64,000 bases of DNA from Candidatus Heimdallarchaeota archaeon (GTDB taxonomy: Archaea > Asgardarchaeota > Heimdallarchaeia > Heimdallarchaeales > Heimdallarchaeaceae), in NCBI GenBank assembly GCA_023705905.1, contig BPTK01000001.1, positions 8,799-72,798 on the forward strand, written 5' to 3'. Both the position numbers and the translations under genes were made by a program. The notes under the pieces are model-generated. The model was not told the DNA's origin. It was given only the letters and a program-made list of their open reading frames with translations, and made no database searches. Below, one piece after another: positions 41,647 to 52,014 of the stretch (within the stretch, counting starts at the first letter, position 1; each line of letters starts with the position of its first letter).

Positions 41647-42213
41647 ATGAGAAAAGACGCTTCAGGAAAAATGCATTTTAAACTGGTCTTTGTTGGACCA
41701 AGCTTGGCTGGCAAAACTACGCTACTTAAAAAACTACATACTGATGTAACTGGCATTAAGAAGGGAGGTTTAAACAGCATCGAAGATCCTTCAGGAAGGA
41801 CAATCTATTTTGATTTTAGTCCATTTATGGCAACATCTTCCGTCATTCTAGATATCTATACTGTAGCTGGTCAAAGAAGGCATAGACATCAGAGATCTCT
41901 GGTTTTGAAAGGAGTAGATGGATTGTTATTTGTAGCTGATTCCTCACGAGCTATGTTAGCTGATAATATAGAATCTGCAGTGGAACTGAAGAGTGAAGTG
42001 GGAGACAAAATTGGAGGAGAAATTCCGATCGTTATTGCATTAAACAAAAGAGACGCTCCTGATGCTATGGATAAAAAGGAATTAGTAGATGCTTTAGATT
42101 TGGGGATGAATATTCCAATATATGAGACCATTGCTGTTGAAGGGATTGGTGTAAAAAGATGTTTCCAGTCCTTAGCTAGAGAAGTACTGTTGAAGAAAGT
42201 TTATGCAGTATGA
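41647..42213 (+). CDS. small GTPase, MglA/Ras-superfamily, paired with Roadblock
   Basis: G1 GPSLAGKTTL, an MglA-like G3 YTVAGQ and G4 LNKRDA. It lies 60 nt downstream of the Roadblock gene. An alternative start is M9 (MHFKLVFVG). Confidence 0.65.
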   Translation: MRKDASGKMHFKLVFVGPSLAGKTTLLKKLHTDVTGIKKGGLNSIEDPSGRTIYFDFSPFMATSSVILDIYTVAGQRRHRHQRSLVLKGVDGLLFVADSSRAMLADNIESAVELKSEVGDKIGGEIPIVIALNKRDAPDAMDKKELVDALDLGMNIPIYETIAVEGIGVKRCFQSLAREVLLKKVYAV

Positions 42214-42257
42214 AGCAAAGGATCAATTCAGTTATTTTCAAGGAAAAATGGAGAATT

Positions 42258-43316
42258 TTAATTCAAAGCTTTTCTCAGTTTTTCTACTTCAAACTCATAA
42301 TATCTCAGAGGACTTATAATTTTGAAATTCATACGAGTATTAATAGATAACATTGCTTCATTTGTGATTGTATTTGATGTTGAAACGAATTTTGCCTTTG
42401 GATACTTATCTTTCATGAAATGTAGAAGTTCTGCTTTCAACGCTTTTCCCAGTCCTCGTTTTCTATATTCTTGTTTAACTCCAGTTAACAGCTGATGAAC
42501 TATTTTAGGTTGCTCTGGGTTGTACAAAAATTCACTTAAGCCACTTATTTTTCCATTTTTTTCTTTTGAAATTAAAGTGTGCCATTTCATTCCCCCGCCT
42601 ATCCAGACTTTTGCTCTGTTTCGTAAAGTATCTGGAGTTATAACATTTCGAAACTGCAAGGTTCCTAGAGGTTGTTGATTGATTGTTTCTGTATAGAGAC
42701 TAGCATACTCCTCAATTATCTCCTCGGGAACAGCTTCAAAAAATACAAACTCTACATTTTCATTCTCTGCTAGAACTTCTTGCTGTTTCCTCCAATCAGT
42801 CATCAATTCCCAGTCAACATTGCTAACATCTAAAACTGATACTGTCTGTTCTAAAGCAAGTTTTGCTTCTTTACTTTCACAAAATCCCCAACCCATTTCG
42901 TTGTTTGAACTAACCATAAGCAACTTTACAAAGGGAATTTCACCCGTTTTCTTTACTACTTCGTCTAATAGAATTGAACCGAGATTCATTCTTCTATTCT
43001 CATGTAAAACGTTAAGACTTAACCTAGCAATATGTCCATTTTGTTTGTAAGTAGGTGATTGAGAATTCTTAACACGCAAGATTGCCCTTCCTAGAATGGG
43101 TCTAGAAATCCCATCTTTGCTCATAATCAGCCAGGTATAAACATCGACATTAGGGTTGGTAATCTGTAAATTTTTTCTTCGAAAATCTCTAGATGTTAAT
43201 CCCTCATGTGGTTTTAATTCCAAGCCGATAATATCATCAAAATCGTGGTATCTCTCAATTAAATCTTCAGAAGCTAACGAGTGCTCAAAGGGTACTATCT
43301 CACAATCTTGATGCAT
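42258..43316 (-). CDS. GNAT-family N-acetyltransferase (two-domain)
   Basis: 352 aa. The C-terminal acetyl-CoA motif A is VKQEYRKRGLGKALKAELLHF ... NEAMLSINTRMNFKI. Confidence 0.45.
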   Translation of the reverse strand: MHQDCEIVPFEHSLASEDLIERYHDFDDIIGLELKPHEGLTSRDFRRKNLQITNPNVDVYTWLIMSKDGISRPILGRAILRVKNSQSPTYKQNGHIARLSLNVLHENRRMNLGSILLDEVVKKTGEIPFVKLLMVSSNNEMGWGFCESKEAKLALEQTVSVLDVSNVDWELMTDWRKQQEVLAENENVEFVFFEAVPEEIIEEYASLYTETINQQPLGTLQFRNVITPDTLRNRAKVWIGGGMKWHTLISKEKNGKISGLSEFLYNPEQPKIVHQLLTGVKQEYRKRGLGKALKAELLHFMKDKYPKAKFVSTSNTITNEAMLSINTRMNFKIISPLRYYEFEVEKLRKALN

Positions 43317-43378
43317 GGAATTTGCTCATTTTAAATATTTAAAAAGATAAAGGTTACTCGAGATTTACTTCGAATAAT

Positions 43379-44089
43379 TTACTTTCTACCCGGTGTTAGA
43401 AGGATATGATCAATATCACTTGTTTCGTTTTGATCAATAATCAAACGGATCGCAGTAGCTATATCTGCTGAAGAAAGCATCTTAGATCTATCAACATCTT
43501 TTCCATCAAACCATGGAGTATCTACTGAACCAGGATTAATTGTTGCAGCTTTGACACCTGTTCCTTTCAATTCTTCACGAAGGCACCACACCATTGCCTG
43601 AACCGCATGTTTAGTTGCAGCATAAAGAGAGCCACGGGCAGAAGTTTTCAATCCAAGATTGGAAGAAGTGACAATTACCTGTCCACTATTTTGACCTTTC
43701 ATAAGAGGTAAAACCATCTTCAACCAGAGAAATACTCCTCTAACATTTGTATTAAATTGACTATCAAATTGATCAAGAGATAAGTCTTCAAGATTACCAA
43801 AATGCCCAACACCAGCATTTGCTAGAAGAACATCTACCCCGCCGAGTTTTTGTTTTATTTCACTAAACATTTGCTCAGAAATTTTCTCATCAGCTACATC
43901 GCCAACACCATAATAAGCATCACAGCCTAATGAATGAAGTTCAGCAACTATCTTCTGAAGCCTACCCTCATTTCGTCCTGTTAAATAAAAGCGATGGCCA
44001 CTCTTCGCCATTTCTAAGGCAGTAGCTTCTCCTATACCACTTGAACCTCCAGTAATTACAATTCGCAGGGAATCCATTTCATTATTCAT
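43379..44089 (-). CDS. short-chain dehydrogenase/reductase (SDR)
   Basis: 236 aa with ITGGSSGIGEATA (TGxxxGxG), NAG and the YAATKHAV (YxxxK) catalytic motif. Confidence 0.8.
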   Translation of the reverse strand: MNNEMDSLRIVITGGSSGIGEATALEMAKSGHRFYLTGRNEGRLQKIVAELHSLGCDAYYGVGDVADEKISEQMFSEIKQKLGGVDVLLANAGVGHFGNLEDLSLDQFDSQFNTNVRGVFLWLKMVLPLMKGQNSGQVIVTSSNLGLKTSARGSLYAATKHAVQAMVWCLREELKGTGVKAATINPGSVDTPWFDGKDVDRSKMLSSADIATAIRLIIDQNETSDIDHILLTPGRK

Positions 44090-44198
44090 GATATCCAGAA
44101 GAATGAATGATTAATATGTTTTACCCAGTAATTTATGGGGATTTCTTCAGAGATTAAATAGAAAAAAGAGAAAGTGTTTATAATTTTCTTCAATCAAT

Positions 44199-44743
44199 TT
44201 ATTTTGCAGATTCAGTTTTTCTAGCAAACAAAAGGAGCACTGCGGTTACTATCCCACCTAAGAGACCAGTATAGAAAGTTGTTCCAAAATCCCAATCTTT
44301 TGAATCACTTACCATAACAGCAAAAATAATAGCTACTAGGATGGTTAAACCTACAACAGCAATAGCGGCAATTATAGCAGAGAGTTCTAGAACTTTCTCT
44401 AAATCTTCAGAAATTTTAAGGAAGGGGTAAAGCTTATACAATGAAACAAAAGCTACAAAGAGATAAACAAGTGCAAGTAAGACAAGAATAAGTTTGCCAA
44501 ACCAGGGTACTTCCACACCATAGAGGGCAAAATCATAGCCCCAAGAATAAGTACCTGGCCACCACCAACCGAATTCAGCAGAGAAGAAAAGTATACCACC
44601 AACCGAATTCAGCAGAGAAGAAAAGTATACCACCAACCGAATTCAACAGAGAAGAAAAGTATACCACCAACAAGACTAATTAAAAATGCTCCTAGATAGA
44701 GAGCAGGTTTAGTATAAGCAGAAGGTTTTTCTGTAGAATCCAT
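44199..44743 (-). CDS. small multi-TM membrane protein whose 5' region is interrupted by a 34-bp tandem repeat (frame-disrupted as sequenced)
   Basis: The ORF track gives 44199..44636. An upstream ATG at 44743-44741 opens a frame (MDSTEKPSAYTKPALYLGAFLISLVGGILFFSVEFGWW...) that reads the same repeat unit as the downstream ORF (GILFFSAEFGWWWPG) but is shifted and terminates in repeat copy 2. Deleting two 34-bp copies restores a single 159-aa ORF. Confidence 0.4.
44562..44671. repeat. 34-bp tandem repeat, about 3.2 copies (ccaccaaccgaattcagcagagaagaaaagtata)
   Basis: Copies lie at 44562-44595, 44596-44629 and 44630-44663 (one mismatch, g to a), with a partial copy at 44664-44671. The unit length is not a multiple of 3. 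Confidence 0.85.
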
Positions 44744-45204
44744 GAAAGAAATCACTAACACTTATTTAAAAAAGGTTTTCAAGGACAAAAAGAAATGGAA
44801 CGTAAACGAAAGTTTAATCGAAGATAATTCTTAATTAGAAGACTTTTAGATTGTATTCAATAACTTGAAAGAAGGTTAACTGGGATAATAAAGAAGTCAG
44901 TTCATTTTCGCTCATTTTATTAGTAAGAAATTCTGAAAACAATGAATTAGAATGGTTCTATAAAATAGAGCTAAAGTATGCCTCTCGATTAATTTCAGGA
45001 AGGTGAATTAAAAGAACAGGCACTTTAGCTCTTGATGAAAAATAGTATTCAAGTATATAATTCTTATTTTAATATCAAATTCGTAATATTCTGAGAAAAA
45101 AATACCATTTAAATTAGCTATCAAAAACATTTATAAATAAAAAAAAGAAAAACTATAAGTGTTTCGAATTTATCGAAACATTAAATGGAAGGTGAATTAA
45201 AAGA

Positions 45205-45822
45205 ATGAAATTAAAAGCAAAAATTTCACTTATAGGTATTCTTTTTATTTTTTCAACAACAACTTTGATACCTATTAGCACATTTGCTGCAGTTCCTAAT
45301 GCAGTTGATGTAACCATTAGAATAAAGGAATTCGATAGGCTATATAATGACGGTGATTGGTCAAATGCGGGTGATATATTTTTTAAGATATCATACACAT
45401 CAACTGCAACCTCAGGAGTAGCTTATGGTGACTATGAAGACGATGGTAAAGTCCAGAGCCTATCTAATAATGATTTTGATGGAAGTGGCTATTACAATAA
45501 ACAATACTACAACATACGCTTTGATACTGGAAGGTTGTACTGGTATATCTATGTCTATGATCATGATCCATTTGGTGGTCATGATTTATTATTTAAAGGT
45601 AAATTTACGGTTAAAACCCCCTCTACAACTGGTTCTAGATCTTATAACAACGTACACAGCTATGCATGTAAAATGATCAGTCCATCTACAGGATACTGGG
45701 TAACATTAATTGATGGTTTTAGCAACGGAGATTGTTCTTTCTACTGGGAAGATGGAGCAATAAAAAACAACATTTACAACGGAATTACTTTGTGGGTAAG
45801 TTTATACTTCAAGAGGATATAA
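45205..45822 (+). CDS. secreted protein of unknown function (205 aa) upstream of the ABC transporter
   Basis: Signal peptide MKLKAKISLIGILFIFSTTTLIPISTFAA, followed by an aromatic/Gly-rich beta-type mature region. Confidence 0.4.
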   Translation: MKLKAKISLIGILFIFSTTTLIPISTFAAVPNAVDVTIRIKEFDRLYNDGDWSNAGDIFFKISYTSTATSGVAYGDYEDDGKVQSLSNNDFDGSGYYNKQYYNIRFDTGRLYWYIYVYDHDPFGGHDLLFKGKFTVKTPSTTGSRSYNNVHSYACKMISPSTGYWVTLIDGFSNGDCSFYWEDGAIKNNIYNGITLWVSLYFKRI

Positions 45823-45903
45823 AATTGCACGCAAATTATTTTTCTTTTTATTTCGAAATAAATTTATAAACCTAAAATCATCACTAAGTTAAGGGAATAG
45901 TTA

Positions 45904-48411
45904 ATGAAAAGCAAATATAAAATCAAGAAAATTTTGTTATTGCTCCTTCCTCTGTTATTCTCAATCTTGAGTACATATATTGTATACTCAAGTCATTTTA
46001 GCAATTATCATCAACAGCATGAGAAAATATTGACTTCAACATCTCCAGATTATTCAATTATAAAAAATAACAGTTTGATTCTTACAGATCCTAACTTCAA
46101 AACAGATGAGTTCCTAGATCAATTTTCTTTAGATAGTGTCACTTATATTGGCTATCTTCAATGTGAATTAAATTTTGATTCAGAGTTTTATGACCTTGTA
46201 ATATTTTTTGCACCACAAGAGTATTATTCAAAATATAGTAATGTTGCAATAGAAAATAATTCAGTCATTTTGGATAAAACTTTTTCTACATCAAAAGGAA
46301 TAGATTTATTCCAAAATGTCACTTTTGAGTATATTATCGAAGATGAAAAAATAGAATCAAATATTTCAGCATGTAATTTTGCTGAAGTAGAGGATGTTCT
46401 AACTAGCGAATTATTAAAATACAGCTGGGATGAAACCCATGGTGAAATCTATTTATTTGTCTTACCAGATATGTTCAACCAGATATTTAATTTGATTCTG
46501 GAAAATCTAACCTATTATTTCTTACCATTAATCGAGTTTTCTGATGCATTCCTTGGTTCAAATCCCCCACATCAAATACAAAATCTCCTAAGAGAGAAGA
46601 GAGAAAAACTTGATCTATTTTTTGATTACAGTTTCAATAGTTCTAATCTGGAGGAAAGCTGGGTAAGACAGAATTTACTAGAAAGAAAGCTCATTGTTTT
46701 TGAGGAAAATTACAATGAGTACACATGGGCGCGTGTATTAATATTCTATACACTTTGTTTTAGCTTCTGTTATATTGTAATTAGCAATACAACTAAAACT
46801 TATATCAAATCACAAAAAGAAAAGATAGAATTTCAATATATTAGAGGAAACAAAAGAATGCATCTCATAAAGAATCTTGTCGTATCTGAGATTTTAATTG
46901 TGTTCTTTGCAATAACATTCAGCTTTATAATTTCTATTCTTATTATAGGACTCTCTTATCCAAATTTACTAGCTTTTGGTTATTATTATGGAATGAACAT
47001 TGCTTTGGTTAGTTCTATAGCTTTGTTTTACGCTAGCATTCAACTAATGATGCAGATGAAACACCTTACAAAACTCTATAGGAGAGTAAAAAACAGTGAA
47101 GAGACATTACTTAATAAAATCATCAGAATATTTTTGTGGACATTTGCTAATTTAGGTTCAGGAACAGTTCTTTATTTATTCTTATCAAATACCAATCAAA
47201 AAATCGAATCAAAACCAGATTTTTCACTTCTTATTGGGGGAATACTCGTAATATTGTCCATTCTTGTGATGTCAAAAAAAGGAATCATACGGATAGGAAA
47301 AGGAGTATCATATATATTTGTGAGAATCTTAAGAATTGGAAAATACATGCTTAAAACATTGGAAAAGATTACTAATTCAAATTATCGGTTAATTCAATTA
47401 CTCATATTGTTTGGAATTACAGGTTCTTTCTTTTTATCTGGTGCGGACACAATTGTAAATTACCATCATATAAATCAAGAATACAATAAGATTGGAGACC
47501 TATCAATCAATTATCCAGAAGTAGAAACACAGATAGTAGATTCACATTTAGAGATTTATGTAAACATCTCTTCCCATATTCAGCTCTTGAGAGCAAGCAT
47601 GGAATTTGTTAACGATGAAAATAGTTTTGTTTCGCATGGTATTCTGGTGTTCTTAATTAATGATAGTGCAATTTCAACAATCTTTAATTCTGATATTTTT
47701 CAGAAAAATTATGAAGGAACTCAAGAATCTCATCAAGTGGGGAATATTTTAGCTGCAAATTGGAATACGTCTATTATTAATAGAGCTTTTGCTGATTTAA
47801 CAGATAGTTCTCTTGAAGAATTGATTGAAATACCGTTACCAATTACTGATAAATCAGATTTTTATCCAACTAAAATTTATACGCCATCTGTAATTGATAT
47901 AGTAGATTTTGCACCATTTTTTTCGGGTATATCTCAAGAAAGACCGTTCATAATTATGAATGCAAATATTGAAGAGAATGCGACAAAACTTGATATATCT
48001 AGTATTTATCAAAATCTCTGGTTAAAGGATAATATTGATGTAAATCTATTTGCTGATAATCTTCAGAATTTAAATGAAGATTATAATTTACATATAGAAA
48101 TTGTTACTCAAGACAAAGATTCCATAATCACGGATGCATTTTGGATACCTTCAGTTTTGTCTAACTTCATCATCACTCTTTTCTCTATTTTTACATTATG
48201 TTTAGTTGTTCTATACCTTGGATATTACTTAGAAGTAATAGATGGACAATTAAAGAATTTCAGAACTTTCTTTGCAAGAGGTTTATCAATTAATAGGGGG
48301 ATATTTTTCGCGTTTTTACCACTGTTTATACTTACATTTTTGTATATTGTGATTGGATATTTGTTAGGGCTCTTGTTATTTTCGGTTGTTATGATCACAG
48401 TACAACCTTAG
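45904..48411 (+). CDS. ABC transporter permease, duplicated FtsX/MacB-like (YbbP-type), 835 aa
   Basis: TM1, then an extracytoplasmic domain of about 250 aa, then a 4-5 TM cluster, then a second extracytoplasmic domain of about 270 aa, then a 3-TM cluster. It is followed by a paralogous permease and a MacB/LolD-type ATPase. Confidence 0.5.
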   Translation: MKSKYKIKKILLLLLPLLFSILSTYIVYSSHFSNYHQQHEKILTSTSPDYSIIKNNSLILTDPNFKTDEFLDQFSLDSVTYIGYLQCELNFDSEFYDLVIFFAPQEYYSKYSNVAIENNSVILDKTFSTSKGIDLFQNVTFEYIIEDEKIESNISACNFAEVEDVLTSELLKYSWDETHGEIYLFVLPDMFNQIFNLILENLTYYFLPLIEFSDAFLGSNPPHQIQNLLREKREKLDLFFDYSFNSSNLEESWVRQNLLERKLIVFEENYNEYTWARVLIFYTLCFSFCYIVISNTTKTYIKSQKEKIEFQYIRGNKRMHLIKNLVVSEILIVFFAITFSFIISILIIGLSYPNLLAFGYYYGMNIALVSSIALFYASIQLMMQMKHLTKLYRRVKNSEETLLNKIIRIFLWTFANLGSGTVLYLFLSNTNQKIESKPDFSLLIGGILVILSILVMSKKGIIRIGKGVSYIFVRILRIGKYMLKTLEKITNSNYRLIQLLILFGITGSFFLSGADTIVNYHHINQEYNKIGDLSINYPEVETQIVDSHLEIYVNISSHIQLLRASMEFVNDENSFVSHGILVFLINDSAISTIFNSDIFQKNYEGTQESHQVGNILAANWNTSIINRAFADLTDSSLEELIEIPLPITDKSDFYPTKIYTPSVIDIVDFAPFFSGISQERPFIIMNANIEENATKLDISSIYQNLWLKDNIDVNLFADNLQNLNEDYNLHIEIVTQDKDSIITDAFWIPSVLSNFIITLFSIFTLCLVVLYLGYYLEVIDGQLKNFRTFFARGLSINRGIFFAFLPLFILTFLYIVIGYLLGLLLFSVVMITVQP

Positions 48412-48593
48412 TATTATTTACAGATACCCATCACTATTTTTCCTATTTCGTTTTCATTTCTTGCAACACAGATTATCGTTTTAAGTATAGTTCTCGTGAT
48501 TGCTGGGTTTATTTCATATAAAAAATTACAAAAACAAATCCCTGTTATTGGCTCCAATATTTACTCAATTATGCAAGAGGAGGTTTTTGATTC

Positions 48594-51242
48594 ATGAATA
48601 TGTTTAAATTTCTCCTAAAAGGACAAAGAAGAGTTATTATTTTCGAATTAATTGTACTAATTACTTTCTTTTTATCATCAAGCTTTTCTTATGGTTATTA
48701 TTTGAAGACTTATCGAACAGAATGGAACAATCTGTTAGAAGTACAAACAGAACCTGACTTAGAGATACAGATTTCGCAATCTATTGAAAACTATCTAATG
48801 AAAAGGGATGAACTACTAGAAAAAATAGAAAACTTTCAGTATTATTCAATTTCTATACTCCCTTCACATCTTTTTGAGCTAAAGGTAGATAACGAATCAA
48901 ATGAACTTTTTAATTTATACATTCTTAATTCTATGATATTAGAAAAATTAAATTTCTCATTATCTGGGAATCAAGTATTAATAGGTACAGATCAATTTAC
49001 AAATGTAAACTTAAGTACAATTCAAGCTAATTTCACTATACTTTCTGAATACAGTAATACGAATATCATTGGACATTTGAACGAAACCACACTTTATTCC
49101 ACTATTTTTGGGATCAGTAGTGGAAATATTGCGGAAAGCTCAGAAAATATAAGCTTAGTAATCTCAGAATCCTATTTTTCAACACTGCTTTCTTCAATTG
49201 ACACTGAAATTTTACTAAATATAACAGATAATAATCTTACTTATGCTTACTATGTTTTTTCGTTAGATAAGACTAATTTAATGGACAGTTCTCCAAAGAG
49301 TCTGAATAAAGTTTGTAGAGAATGGGGTCTTGAAAGAATTACAGTGTTTTTTCAACTTTACTATCAACAAATAAATCAATTTGCTAGTTTTGGTCTAGAT
49401 ATTAAACCGGTGCTTTTCGATAAATTGAACGATTTATCAAGTAGAATGAATGTCATTCTACTTAATTCAACCGTAGTATTATTTTTTCTTTTCTTTATCA
49501 TAATTCAAGTTTTTCACCAAATGCTTAAGAATAATATTTCAGCCTTCAATAAAATTATTAGTATATTCTCTTCAAGAGGATTAAAAAAACGACAGGCAAG
49601 AATCCAAAGTTTTCTTATACATACTTTAGTATTAGTTTTAGCAGATATAGTATCGCTAGGATTTACTTTTCTTTTTCTCTATTATTTTGAACTTTCTATG
49701 TGGAGTTTTTCTTATACAGTTATCTTAATATCAAATAGCAGTCTCTTTGTAATTAATTTAATATTGCAAATTTCTTTAGTACAACAAATAAATCAAAATA
49801 CTAAACAAGAAGTAGACAAAAAAACAAAGAATAAATCAAGATCAAACACCTTAGATAAGTCAATAAAGATAGGTATTGGAGTACTATTTTTGATTATCGT
49901 ACTGACAATTCTCTCTTTTAATCTAAAGTTTTTGAACTTATCTAATATTTCTATTAGCTCTTTATGGATAATATTTGTTAGTTTAGGAGGGTTAATCATT
50001 TTTATAATGATTATTCCATTCATAATACAAAATTTTATTTTGCAACTTATTCAACATCTACTGAAATATATCTCTCTAATATATACATTTTCAAAAAAAC
50101 TATTTTCAAGTTTGAATAGACAAAAGTATCAAATCTGGAGGATTATCTTCATTCTTCAAGTTTCCTGGTTTCTCATGATTTCAAGTTACACAACCCTCAT
50201 AGTATATCAAGAACAGTCCAAAGCAAGTGCATATTGCTATAATGTATCAATCATGATAGAAACGTCCGCTGTATCAGATGTGAAATTTTTAACTAAAGAT
50301 TGTTTATCTTTAACATCTTATATTGAACCTAAATATGAAACACCGACAGAAGTTAGTGCGATATTTATATATTTAGAAAGTCCAACTTCTTTCTTTAATG
50401 GGACAAATTTCTCTGAGAACTATTTCAAGAAAATGAGTAATTTTCAGGTATTTTCAAAGCTTAATTTATCTGAAGAGTATTTCATCACAACAAGACAAGA
50501 AGCTAAAATGATGGGATATGATATTGACGATATTGTTAGTTTGTACAAAAATGATTTAAATGGAACTAGAATTGAGGAGAGAAAGATACTGTTAGATATA
50601 GCAGATTTTGTTCCTTTTTTCTCCATTATTTTTGATTCTGACAATACTAAACTTTACTTGATGAATTATAATTCTTCATCACATATAATAGGTTTGGATA
50701 ATTATGCAATACATAGTTTTTTAGCAAAAAACGAACATGAAGCTGAACAGATTTTCGTAAGTATAAGAGAAAAACAGCACATTTTCAAAACTATACACAG
50801 TTTCTCATATTCCGATATCGAGGATAAAGTTACACATAATTTCCTTTTACCTGAGTCAGAATTACCTATCTACTTTTTGTCCCTATTAATTCCAGGAATA
50901 CTAATAATCATGCTGATAAATATTCGAAGAGAAGGATATTACTTGTTTTCATTTTTATATAATAAAGGATTAAAGATCAGCACAATAAGAAACAACTTCT
51001 TTTTATGGTTTTTTATGCAATTAACTTCAATTACATTAATATCCTATATTTATTCAATAATAGCTCAACAGAGTATAATTTATATTTTAAATTTGCTTTT
51101 TACTGTACCAATTCACTTTGTTTTTAGCTGGGTACAACTAGGATTGTTTTTAATAATTCTCTCTTCAGTATTAATGTTCATACTACCTTACAACTGGAAT
51201 AAAACTAAAAAATATATCATACAGAAAAATAAAGGAATATAA
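48594..51242 (+). CDS. ABC transporter permease, duplicated FtsX/MacB-like, 882 aa (paralog of 45904..48411)
   Basis: Same two-ectodomain plus two-TM-cluster architecture as the upstream permease. It ends 4 nt before the ATPase gene. Confidence 0.5.
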   Translation: MNMFKFLLKGQRRVIIFELIVLITFFLSSSFSYGYYLKTYRTEWNNLLEVQTEPDLEIQISQSIENYLMKRDELLEKIENFQYYSISILPSHLFELKVDNESNELFNLYILNSMILEKLNFSLSGNQVLIGTDQFTNVNLSTIQANFTILSEYSNTNIIGHLNETTLYSTIFGISSGNIAESSENISLVISESYFSTLLSSIDTEILLNITDNNLTYAYYVFSLDKTNLMDSSPKSLNKVCREWGLERITVFFQLYYQQINQFASFGLDIKPVLFDKLNDLSSRMNVILLNSTVVLFFLFFIIIQVFHQMLKNNISAFNKIISIFSSRGLKKRQARIQSFLIHTLVLVLADIVSLGFTFLFLYYFELSMWSFSYTVILISNSSLFVINLILQISLVQQINQNTKQEVDKKTKNKSRSNTLDKSIKIGIGVLFLIIVLTILSFNLKFLNLSNISISSLWIIFVSLGGLIIFIMIIPFIIQNFILQLIQHLLKYISLIYTFSKKLFSSLNRQKYQIWRIIFILQVSWFLMISSYTTLIVYQEQSKASAYCYNVSIMIETSAVSDVKFLTKDCLSLTSYIEPKYETPTEVSAIFIYLESPTSFFNGTNFSENYFKKMSNFQVFSKLNLSEEYFITTRQEAKMMGYDIDDIVSLYKNDLNGTRIEERKILLDIADFVPFFSIIFDSDNTKLYLMNYNSSSHIIGLDNYAIHSFLAKNEHEAEQIFVSIREKQHIFKTIHSFSYSDIEDKVTHNFLLPESELPIYFLSLLIPGILIIMLINIRREGYYLFSFLYNKGLKISTIRNNFFLWFFMQLTSITLISYIYSIIAQQSIIYILNLLFTVPIHFVFSWVQLGLFLIILSSVLMFILPYNWNKTKKYIIQKNKGI

Positions 51243-51246
51243 GCAA

Positions 51247-51933
51247 ATGAATAAAGAAAAGGAAACTATCATCCAAATTTTTGATTTACTTCATGTTTAT
51301 AAAGGGAAAGTGGAAACAATAGCACTTCCTGGCATAAATTTATCCGTTAAAAGGGGAGAACGTTTAGTTATAAGGGGTAAGTCAGGTGTAGGAAAAAGTA
51401 CTCTACTCTATTGTGTTGCAGGAATACTTAAACCAACTACAGGGAAAATCCTTGTAAAAAGTAAAGATATTACAGATTTTAATGAAGATCAGCTAGCAGA
51501 TCATCGATGTTTAACAGTAGGGTTAATTTATCAATCATATAATTTAGCACCGTTTTTAAACGTTAGAGAAAATATTGAGTTTCCTATGGTATTGGCGAAA
51601 ACTCAGGTAGAAAAGAGAAAAAAACGCATTAAAGAACTTTCAGAATTTCTAGAAATTGAAAGATATCTAGAACAAAAACCTGAATATCTAAGTGGGGGAG
51701 AACAACAACGTGTAGCAATTGCTGTAGCTCTTGCAAATAATCCTCCCATAATATTAGCAGACGAACCAACAGGGAACATCGATGAAGAAGCATCTAAAAT
51801 GGTTTATGAGCATCTTTCACAACTATGTCAGGTCTACAACAAAACGTTAGTATTAGCTTCTCATGATCCTAAAGCAAAGGATTATGCAGATAGAGAGATT
51901 TTTCTTTCAAAAATAAAAACTGACAACCTTTAA
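51247..51933 (+). CDS. ABC transporter ATP-binding protein (MacB/LolD-type)
   Basis: Walker [13 protein letters not shown]-loop, ABC signature [15 protein letters not shown], Walker [12 protein letters not shown] and H-loop LASHD. Confidence 0.85.
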   Translation: MNKEKETIIQIFDLLHVYKGKVETIALPGINLSVKRGERLVIRGKSGVGKSTLLYCVAGILKPTTGKILVKSKDITDFNEDQLADHRCLTVGLIYQSYNLAPFLNVRENIEFPMVLAKTQVEKRKKRIKELSEFLEIERYLEQKPEYLSGGEQQRVAIAVALANNPPIILADEPTGNIDEEASKMVYEHLSQLCQVYNKTLVLASHDPKAKDYADREIFLSKIKTDNL

Positions 51934-52014
51934 TTTGAGAAAAATTTGTGAGAATAATACTTAATTCTTCTTTGCTAGCCATAATAATAAGGTTATGAAA
52001 TCTCCACTTATTAC

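Noticed and set aside
45153-45676. ORFs 45153..45398(-) and 45425..45676(+)
   Set aside because: They overlap the signal-peptide-bearing secreted protein gene 45205..45822 in other frames, and that gene is the better-supported call.
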